A DNA stretch of 64,000 nt, taken from assembly GCA_963820625.1 (NCBI GenBank), contig CAWGAV010000034.1:95-64094 (forward strand), written 5' to 3'. The position numbers and the translations under genes are program-made. The stretch is from an uncultured delta proteobacterium. Lineage in GTDB: Bacteria; Desulfobacterota; BSN033; UBA1163. Positions within the stretch are counted from its first letter, which is position 1. Each line of letters starts with the position of its first letter. A model generated the notes under the pieces. It ran no database searches. It saw only the letters and a program-made list of their open reading frames with translations, and had not been told where the DNA came from. Shown in pieces: positions 47,968 through 56,967 of this stretch.

Positions 47968-48720
47968 TTAACGATAGGGTTTAAGCCGTTCTAACAATTT
48001 AGGATCCACGACCATCCCCAATTTTCCAGCCTGATCGAAATGTTCAATCGCTAACTTAAACTCCTGTTTCTCATAATAAATCACAGCGAGACTATAATGA
48101 GCTTCTGCAAATTTAGGATTGATTTCCAATGCTTTTTGGAAGGAAGCGATCGCCTCTTCTATTTTCCCCTTTCCGCGATAGACACCGCCGATATTATAAT
48201 AACCTTTGGCATAATCCGGCTTGATGCCGATCGTCTTCTGATACTCAGCCAGGGCCTGATCGAGCATTCCTTTTCTGAAGTAAAGAATCCCCAGATTGGT
48301 ATGAGCTTCGACATAATTCGGATAGAGTTGAAGCGTCTTTTGATATTGAGCCGTCGCCTCTTTGAGGTTTCCTCTTCCTTGGTAGGCGACCCCAAGATTA
48401 AAATGGGCCTCAGCGAAATTGGGGTCAATACGGATGGCTTTCTCATACTCCGAAATCTCTTTTTTCCACTTCTCCTGTCTTCCATAGACGATGCCGAGAT
48501 TGAGGTGAGCTTTTGCATTCTTGGGATCCAATTTCAGCACTATTTGATATTCCGTGCCAGCCTCCTCCAGATTCCCTCTCTCTGCAGCGCTATAAGCCGA
48601 TTGAAAATGTTCCTCAATGGTGACGGCTTTATCTTTCTTTTCGGTCTTGCTTCCTCCTGCACAGGAGATCAACAGAAGGGTCATGATAAAAACAAGGAAA
48701 TATTTCGGCATCGTTTTCAA
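47968..48720 (-). CDS. TPR-repeat lipoprotein
   Basis: 250-aa ORF with a lipobox (LLLISC). It has about 6 canonical TPR units (AHLNLGIVY, AHFNLGVAY, AHTNLGILY, GYYNIGGVY, AHYSLAVIY). Confidence 0.85.
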   Translation of the reverse strand: MKTMPKYFLVFIMTLLLISCAGGSKTEKKDKAVTIEEHFQSAYSAAERGNLEEAGTEYQIVLKLDPKNAKAHLNLGIVYGRQEKWKKEISEYEKAIRIDPNFAEAHFNLGVAYQGRGNLKEATAQYQKTLQLYPNYVEAHTNLGILYFRKGMLDQALAEYQKTIGIKPDYAKGYYNIGGVYRGKGKIEEAIASFQKALEINPKFAEAHYSLAVIYYEKQEFKLAIEHFDQAGKLGMVVDPKLLERLKPYR

Positions 48721-48892
48721 GGGTCTCCTCCTCAGTTAAAATCTCCTGAATCATTAACAAAAAAATAAAAGTAAATCAAGAAATATTATTACTTGATAAT
48801 GGAGGCCACCCATTATTTTCATGCTTCCATCTCTGCAAAGCTACCCATAAGCTCAAAAAATATGTTATGATGATTGGCAAATCTGATGAGAG

Positions 48893-49045
48893 TTAATACA
48901 AACGTATTTAGTATTGTTACATGTTCATTGAAAACATTGAGATTCCGAAACAAGTTCGGAATGACCCCCTCTATGTCATGCTGAACTGGTTTCTGCATCT
49001 ATTTTGATTTTGGCCCATGTAATTTTATTTATTGCGTTTGTATTA
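48893..49045. repeat. Intergenic element with 11-bp terminal inverted repeats and internal hairpins
   Basis: TAATACAAACG (48894-48904) pairs with CGTTTGTATTA (49035-49045). The internal hairpins are ATTCCGAAACAAGTTCGGAAT and GTCATGCTGAACTGGTTTCTGCATC. Confidence 0.65.
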
Positions 49046-49135
49046 GAAACCCTGATGGTTTCAAAGTCTGTAATTTTCCATATTCCTTTCATGGTCTAAC
49101 TGACTTTGTAATGACAAGGATTGAGGAGAATCCGT

Positions 49136-49927
49136 ATGCCGAAATTTAGCGCTGATCTCACCATGATGTTTAATGAAGTTGATTTCCTGGATCGCTTTGA
49201 GCGGGCAGCCAGGGTTGGTTTCAAAGCGGTTGAATACCTGTTCCCTTTTGGATTGAATAAGGATCAACTGGTGAACCAGTTAGGGAAATACGGACTGGAG
49301 CAGATTTTACACAATCTGCCAGCCGGTAATTGGCAGGCTGGAGAGCGGGGGATTGCATGCCTGCCAGGACGAGAGGGGGAATTCCAAGAGGGTGTGGGGC
49401 TGGCTATTGAGTACGCCAAAGCCCTGAAATGTTCTCGTCTCAACTGTCTTGTAGGAAAAACTCCTCAGGGGATGCCTTCAGAAAACACTCGTCAAACACT
49501 GGTGGATAACTTGCGATTTGCCGCAAGGGCTTTGGAAAAAGAAGGCATTGAGTTACTCATTGAGCCTTTGAATGATCAGGACATTCCTGGCTTTTATTTG
49601 GTACACACGAGGGATGCAATTCAGTTGTTTGAGGATGTCCATCATCCCAACCTTTGGCTTCAATACGACATCTACCACATGCAAATCATGGAAGGGAATT
49701 TAACAAAAACGATTCTTCATCACCTGCCCCGCATCGCACATATTCAATTGGCGGATCATCCAGGGCGACACGAACCAGGAACCGGAGAGATCAATTTTAC
49801 CAATCTATTTCGTTCCATTGACGAGGCAGGCTATAAGGGATGGATCGGCTGTGAATACATTCCTGTAGGTAAAACCGAAGAAGGCCTTGAATGGATCAAA
49901 CCTTATCTGAAGGAAGGAGGAAGATAA
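49136..49927 (+). CDS. hyi: Hydroxypyruvate isomerase
   Basis: MPKFSADLTMMFNEVDFLDRFE.., HNLPAGNWQAGERGIACLPGRE and QYDIYHMQIMEG closely parallel E. coli Hyi as remembered. The start was moved to ATG 49136, after GAGGAG. Confidence 0.9.
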   Translation: MPKFSADLTMMFNEVDFLDRFERAARVGFKAVEYLFPFGLNKDQLVNQLGKYGLEQILHNLPAGNWQAGERGIACLPGREGEFQEGVGLAIEYAKALKCSRLNCLVGKTPQGMPSENTRQTLVDNLRFAARALEKEGIELLIEPLNDQDIPGFYLVHTRDAIQLFEDVHHPNLWLQYDIYHMQIMEGNLTKTILHHLPRIAHIQLADHPGRHEPGTGEINFTNLFRSIDEAGYKGWIGCEYIPVGKTEEGLEWIKPYLKEGGR

Positions 49928-50814
49928 TGGCAGAACTTGGATTTATTGGTCTGGGGATCATGGGTAAACCGATGGCGAAGCATTTGGTGGCCGCAGGTCA
50001 CACCGTCCATGTTTGTGACCTGGTGGAAGAATCCGTAGCCCATCTATGTGCCATAGGTGGCAAGGCATGCAGTTGCTGCAGAGAGGTCGCCCAAAAGGCA
50101 GAGATCATCTTCATTATGGTGCCGGATACGCCTGATGTGGAGGCTGCTTTGTTCGGCCCAGATGGAGTAGCAGATGGGCTTAAGAAAGGGGCCATTGTTG
50201 TGGACATGAGTTCGATCTCTCCCATTGCCACCAAGGAATTTGCAAAAAGATTAGCAGCTATGGGTGTGGAGATGTTGGACGCGCCAGTTTCAGGAGGCCA
50301 AGTGGGAGCTGAGAATGCGACCCTATCGATTATGGTGGGTGGACCCGTTGAAGTGTTCAACAAGATCAAACCTTATTTTGAACGGATGGGTAAGAACATC
50401 GTCCATATTGGGGATCATGGAGATGGTCAAACTTGTAAGGTCGCCAACCAGATTGTTGTGGCCTTGACGATTGAAGCGGTTGCAGAGGCCCTTTTATTTG
50501 CCTCCAAAGCTGGGGCGGATCCATCAAAGGTTAGGGCCGCATTGCTCGGAGGGTTTGCCCAGAGTCGGATCTTGGAACTCCATGGTGAAAGAATGATCAA
50601 CCGTAAGTTCGATCCTGGATTTCGTATTCGATTACATCAAAAAGATTTAAACTTGGCCTTGCAATCAGCGCGTAGTTTGGGATTGAGTTTGCCGAATACG
50701 GCCACGGCGCAGGAACTCTTCAATGCCGTGGCGGCACAAGGAGGGAGTGAATTAGATCATTCTGCAATGTTGCTCGCTCTCGAGAGGCTTGCTAATTACA
50801 CCGTCTGTGGATAG
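49927..50814 (+). CDS. garR: 2-hydroxy-3-oxopropionate (tartronate semialdehyde) reductase
   Basis: The start was moved to ATG 49927 (MAELGFIGLGIMGKPMA Rossmann motif). It belongs to the beta-hydroxyacid dehydrogenase family and is coupled to hyi. Confidence 0.85.
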   Translation: MAELGFIGLGIMGKPMAKHLVAAGHTVHVCDLVEESVAHLCAIGGKACSCCREVAQKAEIIFIMVPDTPDVEAALFGPDGVADGLKKGAIVVDMSSISPIATKEFAKRLAAMGVEMLDAPVSGGQVGAENATLSIMVGGPVEVFNKIKPYFERMGKNIVHIGDHGDGQTCKVANQIVVALTIEAVAEALLFASKAGADPSKVRAALLGGFAQSRILELHGERMINRKFDPGFRIRLHQKDLNLALQSARSLGLSLPNTATAQELFNAVAAQGGSELDHSAMLLALERLANYTVCG

Positions 50815-50976
50815 GTAGCTTCCAGGTCTGGAGCACGAACTCATGGAGATGGAGAGGGAATCTTGACAAAATGGAAGCAAAGTCCAGACCCTAATCACTG
50901 AGTTCGCGGTGCTGTGAACGGACGAGCTCATCCAAAATTTTCTTCGACTTTTTAAAAACATGAAGGAGGTTGACAG

Positions 50977-51663
50977 ACGAAATCCATTCTAATTATTGAA
51001 GATGAAAAAGATATTGTTGATCTGATAGAGTACCATCTGAAGCAGTCTGGTTTTTCTGTCCTCACCGCCAGGGAGGGTGCTTCGGGCCTGGAAAGGGCAA
51101 AAAAGGAACATCCCGGTCTCATTATCTTAGACTTGATGCTTCCGGGGATGGACGGAAAAGATGTCTGCAGAGCACTCAAAGCAAATCCCCTCACTCAATC
51201 GATCCCTATCCTCATGTTGACCGCAAAGGTGGAAGAGATGGACCGAGTGATCGGGTTTGAGTTAGGGGCGGATGACTATGTCACCAAACCCTTCAGTCCG
51301 AGGGAATTGGTTTTAAGGGTGAAGGCCATTCTTCGAAGGAAGGAAGCCCCTTCTGAAGGGGAGAAAAAGATTCAAATAGGCGACCTTTTGATTGATGTTG
51401 ACAGGCATCAAGTTTTCATCAAAAAAAATTCCGTTCAATTAACCTCTACAGAATTTAAACTCCTTTTAGAACTTGCCTCTAAAAGAGGGCGAGTCCAAAC
51501 CCGAGAACAACTTCTGGATAAAGTTTGGGGATACACTTATGAAGGGTATGCCCGGACAGTGGATACACATATCCGCCGCTTAAGGGAAAAGCTTGGGCCT
51601 TTGGGAAATTCCATCGAGACCCTCCGAGGAGTGGGGTATCGATTCCGAGAGGAAGAAGAATGA
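50977..51663 (+). CDS. phoB: OmpR/PhoB-family response regulator with no canonical start codon
   Basis: The frame is open from 50974 (after a TGA): QTKSILIIEDEKDIVDL...ILDLMLPGMDG...LTAK..DDYVTKPF, then a winged-helix (VDTHIRRLREKL). ACG at 50977 sits 7 nt after AGGAGG. The stop overlaps the phoR start (ATGA). Confidence 0.8.
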   Translation, partial: TKSILIIEDEKDIVDLIEYHLKQSGFSVLTAREGASGLERAKKEHPGLIILDLMLPGMDGKDVCRALKANPLTQSIPILMLTAKVEEMDRVIGFELGADDYVTKPFSPRELVLRVKAILRRKEAPSEGEKKIQIGDLLIDVDRHQVFIKKNSVQLTSTEFKLLLELASKRGRVQTREQLLDKVWGYTYEGYARTVDTHIRRLREKLGPLGNSIETLRGVGYRFREEEE

Positions 51664-53045
51664 AACTCAGATTTCAATGGAAATTGATGATTCTCTTTCT
51701 CCTCCTCCTCCTGCTCCTCCTTATCGTTCAGGGATATTCTCATTACTTTCTTAAAAATCCCCTCTTTTTCTCCTCTCTCATCGGCCTTGTGATCGTCATC
51801 CCTTTTGCCTACCTATTGGCAAGGTCTCTCGCTCAGCCGATTTACGACCTAACCCAGAAGGCGATCCAGTTGGTTTCCAGTCATTTAGACCAAAGAGTGA
51901 CGATCGATTCCCGTGAAGAACTGCGAACGTTATCGAAAGCTATTGATGAGATTGGAATTCAACTCAGAAATAAGATTGATGAAATTTCTACAGAGAGGGA
52001 TTATTTTCAAACGATTCTTAAAGGTATGGCGGAAGGGGTATTGGTCGTAGATGAGAGGGGAAGGATCCTTGTGGCGAACGATGCCCTTCGTCAGCTCCTG
52101 TTCCTTCCCAGGAATGTGGCGAACCGAACACCTTTGGAGATCATCCGAAATGCAGAATTAGAGGAAGCCATTCGAAAAGTCATCCAGGAAGGGAATAGCA
52201 CCTCCTTCGAACTAAACCTTCCCTTGCCTTTAGGAAAAACCTTCGAGGTCAATGTGGTGGGAATTCTCCCCTCTCTTGAAGAGAGGGAGAGAGGGGACGA
52301 AGGGATTCGAGGAGCCATTGCGGTCTTTCATGATATCACTCGTTTGAAAGAGTTAGAAAAGGTCCGGCAGGATTTTGTGGCCAATGTCTCTCATGAATTG
52401 AGAACTCCATTGACGACCATCAAGGGTTATACGGAAACCCTTTTAGATGGGGCCCTCAAGGAAGAAGTGGCACCTCAATTTCTCCAGGTCATCCAGAAAC
52501 ATGCCGATCGGTTGACAAAAATTGTTGAAGACCTTTTGACGCTTTCAAAGATCGAATCCAAAGAGTTTTATCTGAAATGGGAACGTCTTCCCCTTTCAGA
52601 GCTGATCGATGACGTTTTGGATTTTGTCAAAGAGGCGGCAGAGAAGAAGAAAATATCCATCTCACGAAGCATCATTCCCCCTTCTCTTGAAGTGATGGGG
52701 GACCGAAGTTATTTAGAACAGGTGTTCATCAATCTTCTGGATAATGGCATCAAATATAGCCATGAGACAGGAGAGATTTCGATCTCTGCCCTTGAAGAAG
52801 GTCAAAGAGAGATTCGAGTTGTGATTAAAGACAATGCCATTGGAATTCCAAAAGAAGACCTTTCCAGAATTTTTGAACGTTTTTACAGGGTGGATAAAGG
52901 GAGGTCCCAAGAATTAGGGGGAACGGGTCTCGGGCTATCCATTGTCAAACATATTATTCAAGCCCATGGTGGAAGGGTGTGGGCAGAGAGTAAGCTCGGG
53001 GAAGGTTCAACCTTCTATTTCACCCTGCCGATACATATAAAATAA
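51660..53045 (+). CDS. phoR: PhoR-like sensor histidine kinase
   Basis: 461-aa ORF with 2 TM helices, HAMP, PAS, the H-box SHELRTPLT and the N/G boxes NGIKYS and GGTGLGLSIVK. Confidence 0.85.
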   Translation: MKLRFQWKLMILFLLLLLLLLIVQGYSHYFLKNPLFFSSLIGLVIVIPFAYLLARSLAQPIYDLTQKAIQLVSSHLDQRVTIDSREELRTLSKAIDEIGIQLRNKIDEISTERDYFQTILKGMAEGVLVVDERGRILVANDALRQLLFLPRNVANRTPLEIIRNAELEEAIRKVIQEGNSTSFELNLPLPLGKTFEVNVVGILPSLEERERGDEGIRGAIAVFHDITRLKELEKVRQDFVANVSHELRTPLTTIKGYTETLLDGALKEEVAPQFLQVIQKHADRLTKIVEDLLTLSKIESKEFYLKWERLPLSELIDDVLDFVKEAAEKKKISISRSIIPPSLEVMGDRSYLEQVFINLLDNGIKYSHETGEISISALEEGQREIRVVIKDNAIGIPKEDLSRIFERFYRVDKGRSQELGGTGLGLSIVKHIIQAHGGRVWAESKLGEGSTFYFTLPIHIK

Positions 53046-53132
53046 CGTGACCATGCCCCTGCCTTCCGGCAGGCGTGCCAAGTTTCCGTCACCTGAGCCG
53101 CTTTGATCCATTATTCCATTATCCCATGAAGT

Positions 53133-53627
53133 TTAAAGGTCCTTAAAAGAACTCTCGATTCGACCCAAATCGGATTCTGCAATATGAACAACGAAAATGG
53201 ATTCCTTGGCATCTTCCATAGCAGAACCGTAGATATAGTCAATATTCACATTGGCTTCACCTAATTTTTTTGCCACTCTTCCGAGCATTCCCGGCTGATT
53301 TACCAACCTAAATACTAACACCTGTTCGTTTTCCACCAGATGGTTGGCTTTCATCAATGCCTTCTCCGCTTCGGGAGCTTTGTCTACCAGTAGTCGGATC
53401 AGGGAATAATCCGAAGAGTCTTTTAAGATACCCCGATAACTCTCAGCCAGGGCAATCCTCCTCCCAGTCTTTTCTCTCATGTTATAAAGCTCTTTGACCG
53501 AATCCTTTGCATTTTGAATGCTCATAGCTAGGATATTGACATTTGCCGCTTTGAGCACATCGCAGAGTTTCGAAAGTTCCCCAGGTGCATTCGTTAAGAT
53601 CACTGAAAGTTGAGTTTTTTTCTCCAT
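53133..53627 (-). CDS. Tandem ACT-domain protein
   Basis: The probable start is M20 (53627), after GAGGGAGGGGG. Two ACT-like units are present (LSVILTNAPGELSKL..; VFRLVNQPGMLGRVAKKL..). Confidence 0.7.
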   Translation of the reverse strand: MEKKTQLSVILTNAPGELSKLCDVLKAANVNILAMSIQNAKDSVKELYNMREKTGRRIALAESYRGILKDSSDYSLIRLLVDKAPEAEKALMKANHLVENEQVLVFRLVNQPGMLGRVAKKLGEANVNIDYIYGSAMEDAKESIFVVHIAESDLGRIESSFKDL

Positions 53628-53781
53628 CGTCCCCCTCCCTCTTCTTAACCCAGAATTAACGAAATGGTGAACGAAAGTTAACAAATTGACGGCAGAAGGT
53701 CAAGCTTTAAAAGGATTAAATGTCACATAATTTTCGTTTTTTTGACATTTTCCTGTCACATTAAGGGGTTAATCTAAAACT

Positions 53782-55737
53782 ATGAAAAAATGGTTGCTGG
53801 CTGATTTGCACATTCATTCAACCTTCAGCGATGGGTCCATGCCAGTGGAGGAGATTGTAGAGATTTATGGGGAAGCAGGTTTCGATGCGATCGCCATCAC
53901 CGACCATCTTTTTGATACCCAATCCCCGAGGAGTCTCGAAATCTGTGAAGAAGGCAAGTCAATTCAGGATGTGGAAACCTATTTTCGCAAGATCGAAGAG
54001 GTTTCGAGTTGGGCCAAGGCGGCCTATGATCTCTTGGTCATCCCAGGCATGGAGATTTGCAATCTGCTTGAAGATTACCATATCCTTGGTATTGATTTGA
54101 AGGAAGGCGTAAATCCAAATCAAGATGCAGAGGGCGTGATCAAAGAGATTCATCGTCAGGGCGGCCTTGCGATTGCTTCTCATCCCCATTTGAAGCTTTC
54201 CTACTTCTTACAAGGGGACACCGTATCTATTCAGAGGCATCCTCTCCATCTATGGAAATATCGGGAGAGATATGTAGGTAAAATTGATGCATGGGAGATT
54301 GCCAACCGCGAAGACCTCTTTCCCATTATCGGATTGGAACGTTTCCCTTTCTTGGCCAGTTCCGATTTTCATGAACGCCATCACCTCACCTCTTGGAAGT
54401 CACTCATCCTTGCCGAAAAGGATAAGGAAGATGTCAAGAAAGCTATTATTGAGAAGAGTGTTAGCCTCTTCTTCTTTAGAGATGGGATAGAAAGTAGTAT
54501 TCCGCCTCAGATCGAGAATCGTGAAGCATTTGGAGAAACGATTATGGACGACGAAAAGGATTGGGAGGGTCCCGGAAAAGCTAAGATCTTAATCGCCGAT
54601 GACGAAAGAGATCTTGTGGAGATGCTCTCTTATAACTTTCAGAAAAAAGGATATAAAACGATCAACGCCTACGATGGATTTGAGGCCTGGGAGAGAATCG
54701 AATCAGAAAACCCTGACCTCCTCATCCTCGACCTGATGATGCCAGGTATTGATGGCTGGGAACTCTGTCGCCTGATCCGTCGTAGTCAAAAAAAAGAGAT
54801 CAATGAGATGGGAATATTGATGCTCACCGCCAGAGCCATGCCAGAAGACAAGGTCTATGGCCTTGAGCTTGGGGCCGACGATTATCTCACCAAGCCTTTT
54901 TCTCTTCATGAATTGATCCTTCGAGTTGAAAAGCTGGTCGAAAAGAAAAGGGCCGTGTGTCAACTAAAAGAAGAAATGGATTCTCTTCATTCCTCGATCC
55001 AGAAGAAGGAAACGGACCTCAAAAGAGTCGTGCATGATCTAAAGAATCCCCTTCTCTCCATGGGGGCTTCCGCAAAAAGAATGCTCAGAAGGAGTCAGAA
55101 CGAAGAGGAAGTCAAGATTCTCAAAAACATCTATGACAGCAGTATCCATCTGACCCGATGGATAGACGATACATTGCTCTCTTCTGATCATTTGTCACAG
55201 AAAAATAAAGGGGAGATGAAAGAAATCGAAATACAGCCAATAGTTCAGCAAGCGATCGATTTACTAAAAGAGGCGAGCAGGGATAAGAATATCGAGATTC
55301 ATTTTGAGGCTTCACCTCCTATCCCTCCTGTTTACTGTCAAGACCAATTATTGTTACGAGCCATCGAAAACCTTTTAAGTAATGCTCTGAAGTTCACACC
55401 GCGAGGTGGAAAGATAGAGGTAGCAGTAACACCCTACATCGGATGGAAAGATGGAGGGATCGTTGAAATTTCCATTAAAGATACAGGAATCGGAATTGGG
55501 GAAGATGAAATCGAAAGGATTTTTGAGCCTTTTTATAGGGGAAGGAATAGTTCTGTGGAGGCCGGCACTGGTTTGGGCCTTTCGTTCGTCAAAGAAGTAG
55601 TGGATTTACATGGAGGCAGGATATTGGTTCAGAGCGAGCCTCAAAAGGGGAGCACGTTTTCCATCCTGTTGCCCATTGGGAAATGTTCAAATTATGAAAG
55701 TAATGTGCATTCGACATTCTTAAAGGGATCTTTGTAA
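53782..55737 (+). CDS. PHP phosphoesterase domain - receiver - HisKA - HATPase fusion protein
   Basis: 651-aa ORF. PHP: DLHIHSTFSDG..AITDH..ASHPH. REC: ILIADDERD..LILDLMMPGIDG..LTAR..DDYLTKPF. H-box: VHDLKNPL. ATPase: NALKFT and GTGLGLSFVK. Confidence 0.85.
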   Translation: MKKWLLADLHIHSTFSDGSMPVEEIVEIYGEAGFDAIAITDHLFDTQSPRSLEICEEGKSIQDVETYFRKIEEVSSWAKAAYDLLVIPGMEICNLLEDYHILGIDLKEGVNPNQDAEGVIKEIHRQGGLAIASHPHLKLSYFLQGDTVSIQRHPLHLWKYRERYVGKIDAWEIANREDLFPIIGLERFPFLASSDFHERHHLTSWKSLILAEKDKEDVKKAIIEKSVSLFFFRDGIESSIPPQIENREAFGETIMDDEKDWEGPGKAKILIADDERDLVEMLSYNFQKKGYKTINAYDGFEAWERIESENPDLLILDLMMPGIDGWELCRLIRRSQKKEINEMGILMLTARAMPEDKVYGLELGADDYLTKPFSLHELILRVEKLVEKKRAVCQLKEEMDSLHSSIQKKETDLKRVVHDLKNPLLSMGASAKRMLRRSQNEEEVKILKNIYDSSIHLTRWIDDTLLSSDHLSQKNKGEMKEIEIQPIVQQAIDLLKEASRDKNIEIHFEASPPIPPVYCQDQLLLRAIENLLSNALKFTPRGGKIEVAVTPYIGWKDGGIVEISIKDTGIGIGEDEIERIFEPFYRGRNSSVEAGTGLGLSFVKEVVDLHGGRILVQSEPQKGSTFSILLPIGKCSNYESNVHSTFLKGSL

Positions 55738-55836
55738 AATCCTTGCCCGCCCTTAACAAGAATTTCATATTAATGTCATCAAATCGTGACATTTATTTGT
55801 TTCAATAAGGATACTAAAATCATTTAGGAGGTTCAG

Positions 55837-56061
55837 ATGAATTGTCATCGCTGTGGTGGTACCATGATTTCCAAGAAGTTCTGTGACTATGGAGGATATT
55901 CTTGGGGATGGAAATGCATCTTTTGTGGAGAGATTATTGATCAGATCCAAGAAAATCTTCAATCACTCAAGGTAGCCGGGCACCCAAAACAAGATAGGGA
56001 GGGGGCACTTTGTGACGACATGAAGGAAGGTGATTTTCCCATCACAAGACAAATTAGTTAA
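55837..56061 (+). CDS. Zinc-ribbon mini-protein
   Basis: 74-aa ORF with CHRC...WKCIFCG (CxxC-x21-CxxC). The RBS is AGGAGG. Confidence 0.6.
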   Translation: MNCHRCGGTMISKKFCDYGGYSWGWKCIFCGEIIDQIQENLQSLKVAGHPKQDREGALCDDMKEGDFPITRQIS

Positions 56062-56119
56062 GTTATGGGGTGATAAGAGGCACTGAAATCATTCTTGGAA
56101 AATCAAGGAGGAGACAACC

Positions 56120-56332
56120 ATGGATAAGAAATTTGCCCCGGAAAAATATGGGATGGTGATCTGTCCACTTTGCAGCGGAAAAGGGTTTTTACTCAAAGGC
56201 TCTGACCAGATTAACATTAGGTTAAGAAGGGTTTGCACAGAATATGGGGGATTTGGTGCTATTAAGAAGGAAGAGGGAACTTTTGGAAGCTTGGGAAATG
56301 AGAATTTGATAGAGAAAAGGAAACTGACTTGA
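56120..56332 (+). CDS. Small protein with a DnaJ-type CxxCxGxG finger
   Basis: 70-aa ORF with CPLCSGKG followed by a degenerate second unit, VCTEYGGFG. The RBS is AAGGAGGAG. Confidence 0.5.
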   Translation: MDKKFAPEKYGMVICPLCSGKGFLLKGSDQINIRLRRVCTEYGGFGAIKKEEGTFGSLGNENLIEKRKLT

Positions 56333-56577
56333 ACTGGCAGGAACAGATTTCGAGAGGAGGTCTTCAGGTGATGATGCGGAGGAAAGTAAATTCCTTTTTA
56401 TTAAGATTTCGATACTTAAAACTTTTGATAAAAATAAATAGCCTAATTGGCCTTAATGAAGTCAGAAGAAAGTTCGATTTTAGTTAGGCAAAATAACAAT
56501 ACCCCGAGAGGGCAACACGTTTTCTAACCTCTTATCCGTTAAGGGCAATTTTAGAGCAAAAGGGACGGAAAGAGCTC

Positions 56578-56967
56578 ATGAAGTCATTTGAATCAAAAGG
56601 AAGAACAGTAATGAATTATGAATTTAAAGAAGAGGGGAATATCCTAGTCATCAAATTATCCGGCACTGCTGAAGTGAACGACCGTCTGCTTACAAAGGAG
56701 TCCGTCACTCCTTATCTTCAAAAATCATACCCAAAAGTGATCGTTGATTTGGAAGAGGTAGGGGAAAAGGAGGCCGTTTCCATCTTGGGGGTCTTGAATG
56801 TGATCAAGAAAGAATTTCAACTCATGGGTGGAGAGGTTAAACTCTGCTCCTTGAGGCCGAGTCTTTATCGTTATTTTAAGGAAAATCGTTTGGATCGGAT
56901 TTTCGATATTGTGCAGCCGGCAGAACAAGCCAAACGAAGTTTTAAGGGGAAAAGCAATGGGAGCTAA
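56578..56967 (+). CDS. STAS-domain protein (anti-sigma-factor antagonist family)
   Basis: 129-aa ORF; the alternative start is ATG 56611. The STAS layout reads ILVIKLSG..VIVDLEEV..GVLNVIKKEFQLMGGEVKLC. Confidence 0.7.
   Translation: MKSFESKGRTVMNYEFKEEGNILVIKLSGTAEVNDRLLTKESVTPYLQKSYPKVIVDLEEVGEKEAVSILGVLNVIKKEFQLMGGEVKLCSLRPSLYRYFKENRLDRIFDIVQPAEQAKRSFKGKSNGS

Noticed and set aside
53719-55793. A shared AATGTCAC/GTGACATT motif upstream of the PHP-kinase gene (53719-53728, 53754-53762) and upstream of the zinc-ribbon gene (55772-55793, as an inverted pair).
   Set aside because: An 8-mer is expected about twice by chance in 128 kb of two-strand sequence, and related TGACAT words occur in unrelated gaps. 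The evidence for a common operator is insufficient without more sites.
56545-56580. A second GGGACGGAAAG string (GCAAAAGGGACGGAAAGAGCTC) resembling the GEMM-I core, just before the STAS gene.
   Set aside because: It lacks the CAAACC/GNRA hairpin, the P3 stem and the CCGGGUUGCCGA 3' strand, and it overlaps the RBS/start. I treat it as a coincidental 11-mer.
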